From positions 23,408,150 through 23,472,149 of the forward strand of contig NC_134026.1 in assembly GCF_964204645.1 (NCBI RefSeq): a stretch of 64,000 bases of DNA, in the 5' to 3' direction. This DNA comes from Tubulanus polymorphus (taxonomy: Eukaryota; Animalia; Nemertea). The position numbers and the translations under genes are program-made. Shown here piece by piece: positions 24,412 to 36,207 of this stretch (positions are counted from its first letter, which is position 1; each line of letters begins with the position of its first letter). The notes below the pieces were generated by a model. The model did no database searches and was not told the origin of the DNA. It was given only the letters and a program-made list of their open reading frames with translations.

Positions 24412-26082
24412 TCACCAATAGAATGAAGTAGAAAGGAAACTGGCAGCCTTTGAAAGCCAGCTAGATGACTGCTCTTCATGAGGCCCACGTCTGGCCAGCG
24501 GTTGATCTCCTTCTCTCACAGGACTTGGTTCATCTGGTAAATATTGAGGCATGTCAGCTTCATTATGTTCATCATCTTCCGTCAGGTCTGCCCCAAATGC
24601 TAAAAAAATCTGAAACCAGATACAGAAATATTCACTTTCCCTGACAAAATAGATGAGCGGCGATTTTTTTTCTCATCGAGTAGAACTCAATTACAGGATG
24701 AGTAGGGAATGCTCATATATTCCTGAATTATGAATAAAAATGCAAATGGCTCCTAATTAAATATGGACTTTTTGGTTTACAAGTAAATGTATTACATAAT
24801 ATATCAGATGTTAAAGACAGAATTCAACTACACAGTTTTTAAGAAAATCATTTCGCTTACCTCATTTCCATCATCACCTTTTAACACTTGCTCTGCCGAC
24901 ATTAATTCACTCATGGCTATAGCGTGAGCTAAAACCTACAAATAGTTTCCGAAATGATTAGGGTACCCGTTGAAGATAACTAAGGCTGCATACGAACATA
25001 ATGAACCCACTGCAAACGATTACCTCTGGCTTCAAGTCAAGACGTGTCCGTATGATTGCTCTTTTCTTGGCAAAGTTAAAAGTGATGCTGATTACACCTC
25101 GAACATGGATGATATTATTTCGACAAATGTCCATATCTGCTTTATCTTTCAGTCCCTTTATTTGCAACACAATAGTTTTACCCTTACCGGCGTGTCCACC
25201 TAAAAAGAAATTCTTCTTACGTCTGTGCGCTCTTTTTGGCGTGATACACCTAATAAGGAATGAAAGAACTATTTCTCAGTGACAAATAGCAGGTTAACAA
25301 GAAAATTTTGACCAACCTCCCTCTAGCCCTAAACAACAGTCATAGTCTAAGAAAGATCTTTGCTGATAATTTACCCTTCAATTGAAGTATTGCTGGTGTC
25401 CTTAACTAAAACCGCTTTGTTACATTCTTGACTAAATATGGACAGTAGTTTTTCAGCCATGTTCTTCACTTGATTATCTGCAGTTCCACTGAAACAGATA
25501 TCACTATATAAGGGTTCAGATGAAGATAACGAAGTGAATTAATTATAATAAATACACACAAAACTAAAAATAAGAATAGATAGAAAAGAAATGTATTACC
25601 AGTAATAATACATATCAACTATGACGTTAACGTGGCATTTTAATCTACTTACTTAGCAACAAGGTTTTGAAGCTGTGTTTTCATGCCCATAAATGTTGCC
25701 AGAAATTCAACTTCACCTTTGCATTCGGTCAAAAGTAAAAGCGTCTGAAATAAAAATGGAGGAAAGTCTTTATCCATCAATTCATAAAAAGACTTACAAC
25801 TCAATCGACACCGAAACATTTTAAATACCTCTAGAGCAGATTTCACAATTTGGACATCCGAATTTGACAACACCATCACTAATCCACCGATACATGTTGG
25901 GTCCTGAATCGAAAAATTCACAATTAATTGAAAAATTATGTTATATTATTGGTAGCTTCTCCGAATCCATTCCAGATACTTACCCGAGCGAGAGCCAACC
26001 TTTTCAAAGGGTCAGATGCCATTACTTTGAATGCAGCAATAGCCAATGATCCATCAGTGCCAGAATTATTATCATTCATCAT
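24412..26082 (-). CDS. ARMC1: Armadillo repeat-containing protein 1. Exons (minus) 26082-25984, 25903-25829, 25744-25653, 25488-25375, 25249-25024, 24935-24861, 24609-24412
   Basis: MASDPLKRLALARDPTCIGGLVMVL..SALETLLLLTEC (ARM repeat); RRKKNFFLG..KTIVLQIKGL..RGVISITFNFAKKRAIIRTRLDLKPE (HMA-like domain); MPQYLPDEPSP; C-terminus SWLSKAASFLSTSFYW* matches ARMC1 (SWLSTAANFLSRSFYW). A probable 5'UTR intron has its acceptor at 26087-26088; AATAAA (minus) at 24102-24107. Confidence 0.96.
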
Positions 26083-26564
26083 ATTGCTAAAAATTAAAAT
26101 CTCAAAATTTTTACAGGTTTAAAGTTAGGAAAGTTAATGATTGGTATCTATTTATTTATACTATAGACTACTACAATCCCTAGCTAGCGACCTCCCTGAT
26201 AACGCCCTCTCTAAAGTTTGCTCTATTATCACAGGAATGATTCTTTCTGTTGTATGCCCATATATCATGGCATGGCTGGCAAGAATTGGCAAGGCAGAAA
26301 TATTTTTTCGGGAATATAAAATCTACTAACGAAGAAGAAGAAAGAAAAGTGTCAAAAAAAAGAGAGAATGCCAATAACTAACGTTAACATGGCCAATAAT
26401 GACGAATGTTACTTCTTCACCCATCAACAAACGACCTCCATCTGATATACAGTAGGCCCTACAATACCTAAATGACAAAGAAATTGAAGTTTTGCCATAA
26501 CAATTTTACCAAAGTAAGTAATGGTTCTGCAAGCGTATTGTAGTTGTTTAAATCTAGTCGCGTG

Positions 26565-26636
26565 TGACGTAGTACTTATTTCCGGGTGAGCCCCACCATC
26601 TAGCGGAATTAATTGTAAAAATTAAAATACGGAAAT
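26565..26636 (-). promoter_or_regulatory. Putative ARMC1 core promoter: CRE-like TGACGT, ATTTCCGGGT and ACGGAAAT (ETS-like) motifs
   Basis: Motifs at 26565-26570, 26578-26587 and 26629-26636, in a CpG-richer patch between the MTFR poly(A) signals and the ARMC1 5'UTR. Confidence 0.45.
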
Positions 26637-27689
26637 GGACTGATATGAATATCAATCCAATTCCGTATTTAGATACCGCTTCTCTGCATGGCATAGGCAC
26701 ACATTCTGTATAGATCGTGATCAAACATTAGTCTACTAGTACCTAGCCGTCGTTCCGCAAACGGTTGTTGGGAACCGGTAACAACGACTGGTATTCAGAC
26801 TAGGTCACACATTTGCATTAAGAATGTCAAAAACTGGATAGCTCAAATACATGTAGTTCGATACACACGCGCAATGATGCCTCAGTTGAAAGAATTTCTT
26901 CAGCAGAGATCCGTAAAATCATTTCAAAAGGGTTCTTAGAATAACTTCTTTTATTTACAAAAATATCATAACAAATCATTAGACAAACATTTTCATCGGC
27001 TGGTGCTTAAAAAAACAGAATCTTCTTCACAATGGAAGAATTAATGTTTTTATTTTACCCTCGAAATTCTAAAAACTAACAAAACATTCCACAAATGAGT
27101 CACACATGTTTTCATATCTTCGATGATTAAGTTTCCATATAAATGGCTCCATTCAAAATTCAACTATTTGCTGGAAACATTAGACCAAGTTTACATGATA
27201 ATAACTTTGTAGGCAGACATTCTCTAAATAATAATAATCTATAATCTTATTACAGTCTAGACAAATAAGTGATCATTGAAATCAGAGAAAAAGTTTTTGA
27301 TTTAGTTTCCACATTTCTCAATTCATTTGAATTTCATTCTGAAATACTTCATCAACCATACACACACTTAATGCTTCACTTAAATCCATTCCATAAAAAT
27401 ATCTCTAGCCATTGAAAGGATTTTCTTTTCAAAAGGCGCCCTTGTAGTAGACAGCCACCAAAAAATTAAAATTGATCAAACTCACACTTCATCACAGACA
27501 AATGCTATTTTCCATAGTGCATTAGTAATTTCTATTCTCTAAAGGCTTATTAAACAAGCTGAAACATCATCTGAAAAGCTCAAACTTTCAAAAATTCATG
27601 TAGATGTTTACAATGTATGTTGCAGTATAAAATTTTAACCTTAAATAAAAGAAAAGCTAAAATAGGGCCAGGGCAGATCTATAAACCGG

Positions 27690-29862
27690 TCAGCAATTTC
27701 TCTCAGCTAACGGTGAAAGTAGTGATCGAACAGTCTGATTTGATTTTCGACGAAAACTACTCGGCTTTACCAAAGACGGTTTCTCCTGAAAAATTAAAAA
27801 ACATTCACATTTTCAACATGTATGTTTTTTGCATTGTTATTTACTCAATGACTTATGAAATCCACATTGTTTCAGTTCCACATAGTTTAAGTCTTAGAGA
27901 ATCACATGTACATGTAGTTGATATGGAGAGATAGTCGTTACCAAGGTACACAATTTTCCAGCTATTATCAAGTTCATTTCTGTGTTGTGTTTATACTTAC
28001 AATTCCGGATTGGACATCGTTCGGAGAACATGGACTAGCTGGATTATTGATATTCTCTTTATCAGGACTGTAAACTCGTGCATTAGCAAACTTTTTCTTC
28101 AACGCAAATGCAATCATATTAGCGGGATCATCGGACAGCTTCGGAGCTTGTCGTAATGGAGTTCCACCTGGCGATCTGAAATATCAAAATTGCGGGTAAA
28201 AGTACAAATCAGTTTAAAATGATGAGTGAATCGCAGATCACTAACCTTGCTATTGAACGCAACTTCACTGTTCCAAGCCCCTTCAGCACTTCTCCCATGT
28301 TTGGCGTAGACTTATTTCTACCTGGTATGTCTATCGGTTCAGAAGTGCCCGCTTTTTTAGCCTTATTCTGCAAATACATGTAATATAAACATCAGGCCTA
28401 AATATTACCAAGTGTTACAAATAGGTTAATGACAATCGACATCAGTCGTCCTGTAGAACTAATTGTTTTAAAACTGACCAACTTCATAGAAGTCCCGATC
28501 ATTTATGATTGAAGCTCACCTGTTTAATGATATCAGCTACTGTCGTTTTTGTTCGATTAACTGGTATTGGTGGAGGTGGGGGTGGAGGTGGTGGAGGAGG
28601 TGCCATAGTACGACCAATGACAGCTGGAGGTGGTACTGGTATCGCAGGTGGTGGATCCGTCACTGTTATCGATGGAATAGGTAGTGGTGTGCTTGTAAAA
28701 ACTGGAAGTAAAGTACAGAAAAATATTAATTCAAGATGTATAAAGGGATTCAGCTCTTTCAAGAAAAATCTTGACACATTTTCCAATAGCTCTTTACGAA
28801 TTAACAAACACCTTCTTGTTGATCCAGTGCAGATTTATCCGTCATTTGCATTGTAACGATACTTGCTATCTGTTGTCTCATTTTCTCGAGCTCGTCCTGC
28901 AGTTCTGAAATGCGCTGTAGCGATACCGGATCCGGCGTGGAAAAACTTTGGTATGAACTCTTCTCACTGGGAGGCGTTATGGGTATATCAATATCACTGC
29001 TGCATGCACTTTCTCCAATTTGTATCCTTGAAGAAAGGAAAAGATGATTGGTCCAAAATAGCATTTAGGCAGAAGTATATTATCCAGACTAAAAATCAAG
29101 ATAAGGTCATAAAGATTTAAGCCCAGTTTTTGGTGACTTGAGTCGTGCTCTGGGACTAGCATCAGTAACACTTACTTATGTCGAATTCCATTACAAAATG
29201 ATTGCTCATCTAACCAAACTACATCCCCGAAATTAGCGCAAGACGGAAGAGATGACAGAGAGACAGAATCATTTGACTGTTCACCCAAAGATCTCCTACG
29301 CAATATCTGCTTATCTCTTACCATACTGGTCTAAAATGATAAAATTCATTCTATCTTGTTCAGAATGAAATAAACCTTGACAACAGGTAATACCGCTGAG
29401 GGTCATATCCTGAATTTACCTGAATGCGTATACGTCTTGCTGGATGAATCGGTATTGCGCTACCAATTCTACGAATCAAACTCCTTCTCTTTATTTGTCT
29501 TTCACCATCTGGGTCATCTACCAACCAATCCGGTATTGGCTAAATAAATCCACATCAAAAATAAAATATATCATGACACTGGAACAACAGAGACCACTTA
29601 AACTTAAATCCTTTCAGGCTGAATAATTGCTGAACTGCATCAAAATTCAACAGAGAGAAAGCTATCGATTTTCTAATGAAACTTGGAGTATGACAGATAA
29701 TCCGGACTAAAAATTACCACCTTAATTAGTATTTTAACCGACTTACACGTAAGGCTTACTCTACAATACATGAGAAAAATTTTGGTGAACTACCTGAAAC
29801 AGATCGAATCCCAAAAAATCAAGGACAGTTCTTATAACACCAAAGAATCCAAACACGTCCAT
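27690..29862 (-). CDS. MTFR2: Mitochondrial fission regulator (MTFR1/MTFR2 family; likely single pro-ortholog). Exons (minus) 29862-29794, 29539-29420, 29330-29176, 29026-28812, 28701-28520, 28367-28246, 28175-28001, 27785-27690
   Basis: MDVFGFFGVIRTVLDFLGFD (amphipathic N-terminus), RRSLIRRIGSAIP, ANFGDVVW, coiled coil LQRISELQDELEKMRQQIASIV, polyproline tract, TTVADIIKQ, PNMGEVLKGLGTVKLRS, RSPGGTP, DPANMIAFALKKKFA: the MTFR-family blocks in the expected order. MTFR1 vs MTFR2 cannot be resolved. AATAAA (minus) at ~27049 and ~26950. Confidence 0.92.
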
Positions 29863-30370
29863 CCAGTTTGACTAAATCAAAACTTCCAATTCTTCCAGGG
29901 ACAGAGAGATGGAGGAATATGAACCGACAATAGTAGTTAGGTCGAGATTTTTCTTAATCATCCACAAATAAAACCTAAAAAAATAAAAAAGATAGTTATT
30001 CGTTTATAAGCTGAAAGAATCCGTTTAGGTCGACCTGACCATTTTTTTACTGATTCGATTTGATATTAAATTGCATTATTGGATTGAATTTTTTTCTACT
30101 ACATCATTCTAAATCTAATCGTCTGAACGTCGACGGAGCCGTGTCGCGAGGATCGATGACGATAGGACGACGATGTGTAAGATATATATTCAATTACAGA
30201 AAAATATCAAGAGAAATTCACGGATTACTAGTGTTATTTCGACAAGTCTACTGTCTTACTCAGTGCTTAAAAATGATGAAAGTAAAATAGTGTGTGAACG
30301 AAAACTTTCAAAGCTTCCGCATTTCCCTCAGAGTCGGGGGCTAGTACTCGAGTTCGAATCCCATAAATTA

Positions 30371-30670
30371 CAATTCAATTCAATTCAAATCTTTATTCAG
30401 CATAAACTGTGTCGTAAAAAATCCCTTTAATCATTCATTGCACTAACGTTACTTGGGAAATTGTAAATGTGATTGTTTGTTTTTTTATCTCCTTTTTTAA
30501 TCTCTGTATATAGCCCATCATGCTTTCCATGAAATGAATTTGTACCGTAATACTTTTGGCACGGCGGTATATATTGTATTCTGATAGATGGCACCTTTGA
30601 AGTTTCAAGACCAAGTTGCTGTAGCATTAATTTTGTAAAAAAAATCCTTGAAGGTAGCATAATACATATA
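30371..30670 (-). mobile_element. Possible 3' end remnant of a CR1/L2-group LINE
   Basis: On the minus strand it ends AATAAAGATTTGAATTGAATTGAATTG (poly(A) signal plus microsatellite tail, typical of these LINEs), preceded by a degenerate ORF LPSRIFF...YIPPCQKYYGTNSF that resembles a LINE ORF2 C-terminus. Confidence 0.35.
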
Positions 30671-30789
30671 AGGTCCGTCCAAGAATTTCATTTTGTACAC
30701 AAGAGCATTCTACTAGTAGCCGAAATCAGACTTTACCATGGCAGCCTACGGTGAAATGAAAAACGAAGAAACGTTTTATCTAATTCCAT

Positions 30790-30795
30790 TTTATT
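30790..30795 (-). terminator. Candidate distal poly(A) signal of PDE7 (would imply a ~5.4 kb 3'UTR)
   Basis: TTTATT on plus (AATAAA on minus) at the end of a long AT-rich stretch with no credible ORF downstream of the PDE7 stop; more proximal signals also exist. Confidence 0.35.
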
Positions 30796-33700
30796 CATTA
30801 AAAAATTTAAGTTCACTAGTAGCTTTTAGATCTTAACTTTACAAATATGATTTTATTTTACATGATTCATAACACTTCGTAAAACACATTAGATTTGATG
30901 GAAATGGACAATAAGATTTTGACAATTGGCTGCTGAGCAAAGAAATTCCCTGCACAGTCTCTGATGGCACTATTTGTACATAGAAATAATAGAAGCACAA
31001 AAATAATTTATTGCTAAGGTATAATTCATAAATAAATATGTCTTTTAAAAGATAAACACTTATTGACGACAATTGTGTGTACAGAGCATTCATAAGGCAG
31101 TGCAGAAAATTTCATTCATTTTGTACCAAACTATTTAAGTCCACTAATAATAGGCCTATGATTTCAGCATGTTGGTGCTGTATAAAAAGATTGGCGATGA
31201 GCCTGAAATCTTTTCCGAACAATAACTAATAGGATGCACATTCCCTGTTTATCCGGATGAAATACTACTGTATATGGTAGCCGCCAGACCTATCATAGCT
31301 CCTTGGCTTAGATAATTTTTTTTCTGTTACTTCTTTTGTACAAGACAAGTAGGCTTTAAAAAATCCATCAATACGCTAACATTAGTGTAGTAGAAGTTGC
31401 ATAAAGAAAAAGCTTGTTCAGAAATCATCATCTTTCATGTTCAGGTACTATCAATGTCAAACCAAAATTTTAAGCCCTTTTGACCCTGACGTTTAATCAA
31501 TCGTTGCTTGGTATGATAAATTAGACAACCCTGGTACCGGGTATGGAGATATCAATTAAGACATCTGAACAGTGCTAAAATTTCAGAATACAACTTCAAC
31601 CATAAACAACATATGATCAACTAATTCTAAAGATCTAAGTATTTTAAAAGTTTCTGAAAATACGTGTACACAGTTTACAATACGTGGCATTTTCTGTACA
31701 GCATCTTTTTCATTAAACAATACATCATCATGATCAGCATCTATTCACAAATAGGAGGTATATTACAATAACTTAAATCATGATAAACGTTTTTTGCCAT
31801 ATTTACAATTATTAGCATTATGTAAAATGACAATGGGTCTGGAACTATGGAAACAAGTGCTTTTAATTTTCAAAATGGAACTGAGCAAACCATTGAGCAA
31901 TGAGAATAGGACTGACTCAAGTGTTTTAGAACTTCAATTACGATGTACTACAAATAAAGCTTATCTTACATGAACTGCAGTTAAAGCATTACTCTAATTA
32001 AACTTAATTGATTTTTCACCTAGTGACCAATAGAATATCAGTAATGGAATGTCAAATCAGTAGCTTCAGCGCATGAAATTCAGCAAATAAAAAATTTTGA
32101 AGTAGGGCCTACACTATGAAAAGATTTTCATCAGGATTCACTCAAAATTCCAGTAAGCAATAGTAGGGAATAGTGTGTGCTTTTTCATTGGATTTATCGA
32201 TATAATGTTATCATACACCCAACAATAATCATTAATAGCTTATAATCGTGAAAGTAGTCAAATTACAGCAGATATAGGTTTGAACATCAGTTGATGATAG
32301 AGTTAATGGAATTCTTTGAACCTATCATGAACAGCTGGTCTAATACATCCATACGGTAAATATGGTATAATATCGAAGCACTAGTTTCCTGTATATGAAT
32401 TATTCCATGAAAGCTAGTCAACAGACATTTTGCCATCTGCGCAGTTGAAATGATGATGACAACGAAATCAACAGTTCTCTTCCATGTGGAGAATGACACA
32501 GTTCGTTTGTTAGATGATGTCCTAGAACGAATTGTGCAATGAGAACAAGTGCTTTAAATTTGGATTAATCCTATCAATTCAAAATGCATTCAAACCACAA
32601 ATCATCTCTAGATGGATGAACACTAACATACACAGAACACATGGTTTTTACATATCGGAGAATGAAAGGAAAAATAATATACGATACAGATTAAATTTCG
32701 GTCTACTTATATAAATAGATGCTCTTCTACAGTGGTACATATTTTCTGGTTAAATATTTGTTGCATATTGAAGATTCCATAAATTGACATGTACTACAAT
32801 ATACCAGCAAGTGGCAAGTTGAAAATTCCTCTGTGTATGGAACCATCACGTTGATCGAAATGATGATCAACGCTTAGCAAATTTCGACTCAGAAATTGTG
32901 AAGATGTAAATGAGTTAGACTGTATTTTGAACCAATGATATTATGCAACTGATCTGCAACCACTTCACTGTTTTTTGTTTTCATTTGCGAAAGATATCCT
33001 CAGTTACCCCAAAGAAGAATGAATTCACCCCGGTCATCACAAAACCAATAAGAACACTATCGTATTTACAGAGATTTCAGCCACCGAAATTGATAATGGG
33101 AATCAATATAATAATACATATGTTAGTTAAAAGTTTAGATGACAACCAATTACGATAAAAATTGAATTTCAACTAATATCAATTATATTTGTTTATAATA
33201 TGATCAATATATAGCTATATTTTCAGTATATAAAACCCTATGCTCGTTTTTTTTTGCTATTAATTACATATCCTTTTTAATCATAACTTGAGCTGCACTA
33301 CTTTGGTATCAATTATTTATTCAATTTTATGAAACGAGTACCTTATCCACAATATATCATGATATCATTTCATACACTTTACATAAATGAAATGATACAT
33401 GATTATAGATCAATGTTAAAAAACCATTCAAAAATGAAAAGCGAACATCAAAATGCTCAATATATCCACTTGCATTTGCAAATTAAAATTACTTTCATAT
33501 AAAGAAGCTGCCAATAATACAGACAATTTCTCAACATTCTAATGGATGAAAAATCAGTATTTGCGCAAACAATGTCACATTATTTGTATTGATCTTCCAT
33601 CAGAATGATAGATAGATGAAATCAGAAAATATTGGCTATATTTGCACATGTACCTTTTAGAAACATAACAATCAAACATTCAGCGACAACATATTCACTA

Positions 33701-34330
33701 AATTTAACTATGAAAGCTTTATGATGAAAATAAAACTGTTACATTGCCATCTTGAAATATGCAATTTTAAAATACACAATTTCCATCAGTAATGTAAACG
33801 AAAACAATGAATTCACTCGTAAAAAATGACCATAACAACTTGATATTTGTGACCATTTCTCATATGCATGTAGGCCCACATTTGCAGAAAGGTACATTAA
33901 CTGTGAGTGTTCACAGTTTTTAGATATAAGCTTGCATGCACTTGAAATCGCTGTTTGGTATTTTCATTGAATATACAGTGCATCAGCTTACAATACATTT
34001 CAGTTGTTCAGGAAAATACGAGAGAAAATGAAAATACGAAATTGTGAAATAGCTAGTGACATTCACCAACAATAAAATATAGCCCACACAATGCAGCAAG
34101 TATCACCAATATATCACAAAACGACATTACTGACTGTATAGTAGGATATACAACATGCTTCTTACACATTCTTATAAAAAAATATGACATGACATCCATT
34201 ATTTCCTTACAAGATATTAACAATAATTAGAATCAGGAGACAATTAAAAAAACTATTTGAGCACAAAGAATCCAGTGAATACCGGTATATGATTCTGTAC
34301 ATACATGTATCTGAAGTTTTGTTAAGATAT

Positions 34331-35573
34331 TCTGTTGAAGTTTCACTATTTTCAAGCCAAAGATGAGCCAAATGTACCGAGTGTGCCCCTACCGGGATTG
34401 AAAGCAACCTAGTTTACCCAGTGGTACCGCATAATCTTCAGGAATTGGCTTAATTAGAATACCGGTAATGACAATTGACCCGTATGTTGAATTTAAGTTT
34501 TTCGACTTCTTGGATGCTTTACACCAAAATATTCATTGTTCATTCAATATATTCAGCAAGGTTTTTTCACATATTGACAACACCGTTTACAATATAGTTC
34601 TTAAAGAGGAATTTCACAACAAATTGCAGTCTAGTTGGTCAAGCAAACCAAAATATTCACTTCTCAAGCAAAGAAAGCACCATACACGAGATTGGAAACA
34701 TAATTTGTAACTGTCCAGTAACAAGTAAAGTTACAAATAATGGCTTATTCATGAACTGTTTATTGTTTGTGGTGTTAGCCAGTGCTGCTTGATCTGAGAG
34801 TTGCACTAAAAATGGCTATAATACCACCGACTGTAAATGATGGGTGTTTTCTTTTTCAGCAATGTCATTTTCCCTCGCAATAGATCTGTTGAAGTTTTAC
34901 TATTTTCAAGCCAAAGATGAGCCAAATGTACCGAGTGTGCCCCTACCGGGATTGAAAGCAACCTAGTTTACCCAGTGGTACCGCATAATCTTCTGAAATG
35001 ATGATATAGTTCCGACTGTAAATGATGGGTGTTTTCTTTTTCAGCAATGTCATTTTCCCTCGCAATAGATCTGTTGAAGTTTCACTATTTTCAAGCCAAA
35101 GATGAGCCAAATGTACCGAGTGTGCCCCTACCGGGATTGAAAGCAACCTAGTTTACCCAGTGGTACCGCATAATCTTCAGGAATTGGCTTAATTAGAATA
35201 CCGGTAATGACAATTGACCCGTATGTTGAATTTAAGTTTTTCGACTTCTTGGATGCTTTACACCAAAATATTCATTGTTCATTCAATGTATTCAGCAAGG
35301 TTTTTTTCACATATTGACAACACCGTTTACAATATAGTTCTTAAAGAGGAATTTCACAACAAATTGCAGTCTAGTTGGTCAAGCAAACCAAAATATTCAC
35401 TTCTCAAGCAAAGAAAGCACCATACACGAGATTGGAAACATAATTTGTAACTGTCCAGTAACAAGTAAAGTTACAAATAATGGCTTATTCATGAACTGTT
35501 TATTGTTTGTGGTGTAAGCCAGTGCTGCTTGATCTGAGAGTTGCACTAAAAATGGCTATAATACCACCGACTG
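34331..35573. repeat. Complex recent tandem duplication A-X-A'-linker-X-A (A ~503 bp; X = 55 bp copied from PDE7 coding sequence 37029-37083)
   Basis: A 34331-34833 matches 35070-35573 (~3 differences); partial A' 34885-34993; X at 34833-34887 and 35018-35072. Confidence 0.95.
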
Positions 35574-35951
35574 AAATGGTATAATAAATACATATATGCA
35601 TTGATTTTTTTGTACTTTACAAAGTTTAAGTAAATAGAAAAGACAATGTTTCTTTGTACACTAATCAGTGCCAGTGGCTGCGTGACAATTAAGGCAATTT
35701 CACTGGACCCAATATGTAGTATTCCTAGTTAAATATGCAACCCTGCTTCAGTTTTATATCTTGTGAGACGCTTTATATTAAACAATCAAAAATGAATACT
35801 CCCTATGAGACAAAATATTCAGTCTAGTTCCGTGAGCATGATCTCTCTAAAAGATTTGAATCCCATCTTGTATTGAATACGTGGGCGAAAGCAGACATTG
35901 AAAAACTGAGATGATAGACCAAGAGAGAGGCGCCAGCCGGCTGTGACATAA

Positions 35952-35998
35952 GTCAGAACATGGACGTATAATCTAGATTATAACGTCCATGGTCAGAA
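35952..35998. mobile_element. P-element/Galileo-like excision footprint: 33-nt CA...TG palindrome between 7-bp direct repeats GTCAGAA
   Basis: GTCAGAA | CATGGACGTATAATCTAGATTATAACGTCCATG | GTCAGAA; the palindrome is perfect except for one extra A. Confidence 0.65.
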
Positions 35999-36207
35999 CA
36001 ACAACAACAACAACAGTGAGGTGTGTAGTAGAGTAGTCGATAATATCACAGGTATGCTTGAATATGAGGATGTAGATGGTTGAATCCTATAGAGCTCTGG
36101 CGAATCCCTGAAAAAACATTGAAAACAAAAAGGTTAGAATGATGCGTTCCTCATGGTCTGTATGAGGCAGATATTTTCATCAATCACCTGAGTTTATTGC
36201 TTTATGT

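Noticed and set aside
28509-28856. 115-aa glycine-rich ORF on the plus strand
   Set aside because: It is the antisense shadow of the MTFR polyproline exon.
34207-35450. Pairs of near-identical short ORFs (MLSIPVGAHSV..., ...KQRKHHTRDWKHNL)
   Set aside because: By-products of the tandem duplication; the copies differ by a frameshift and have no recognisable protein features.
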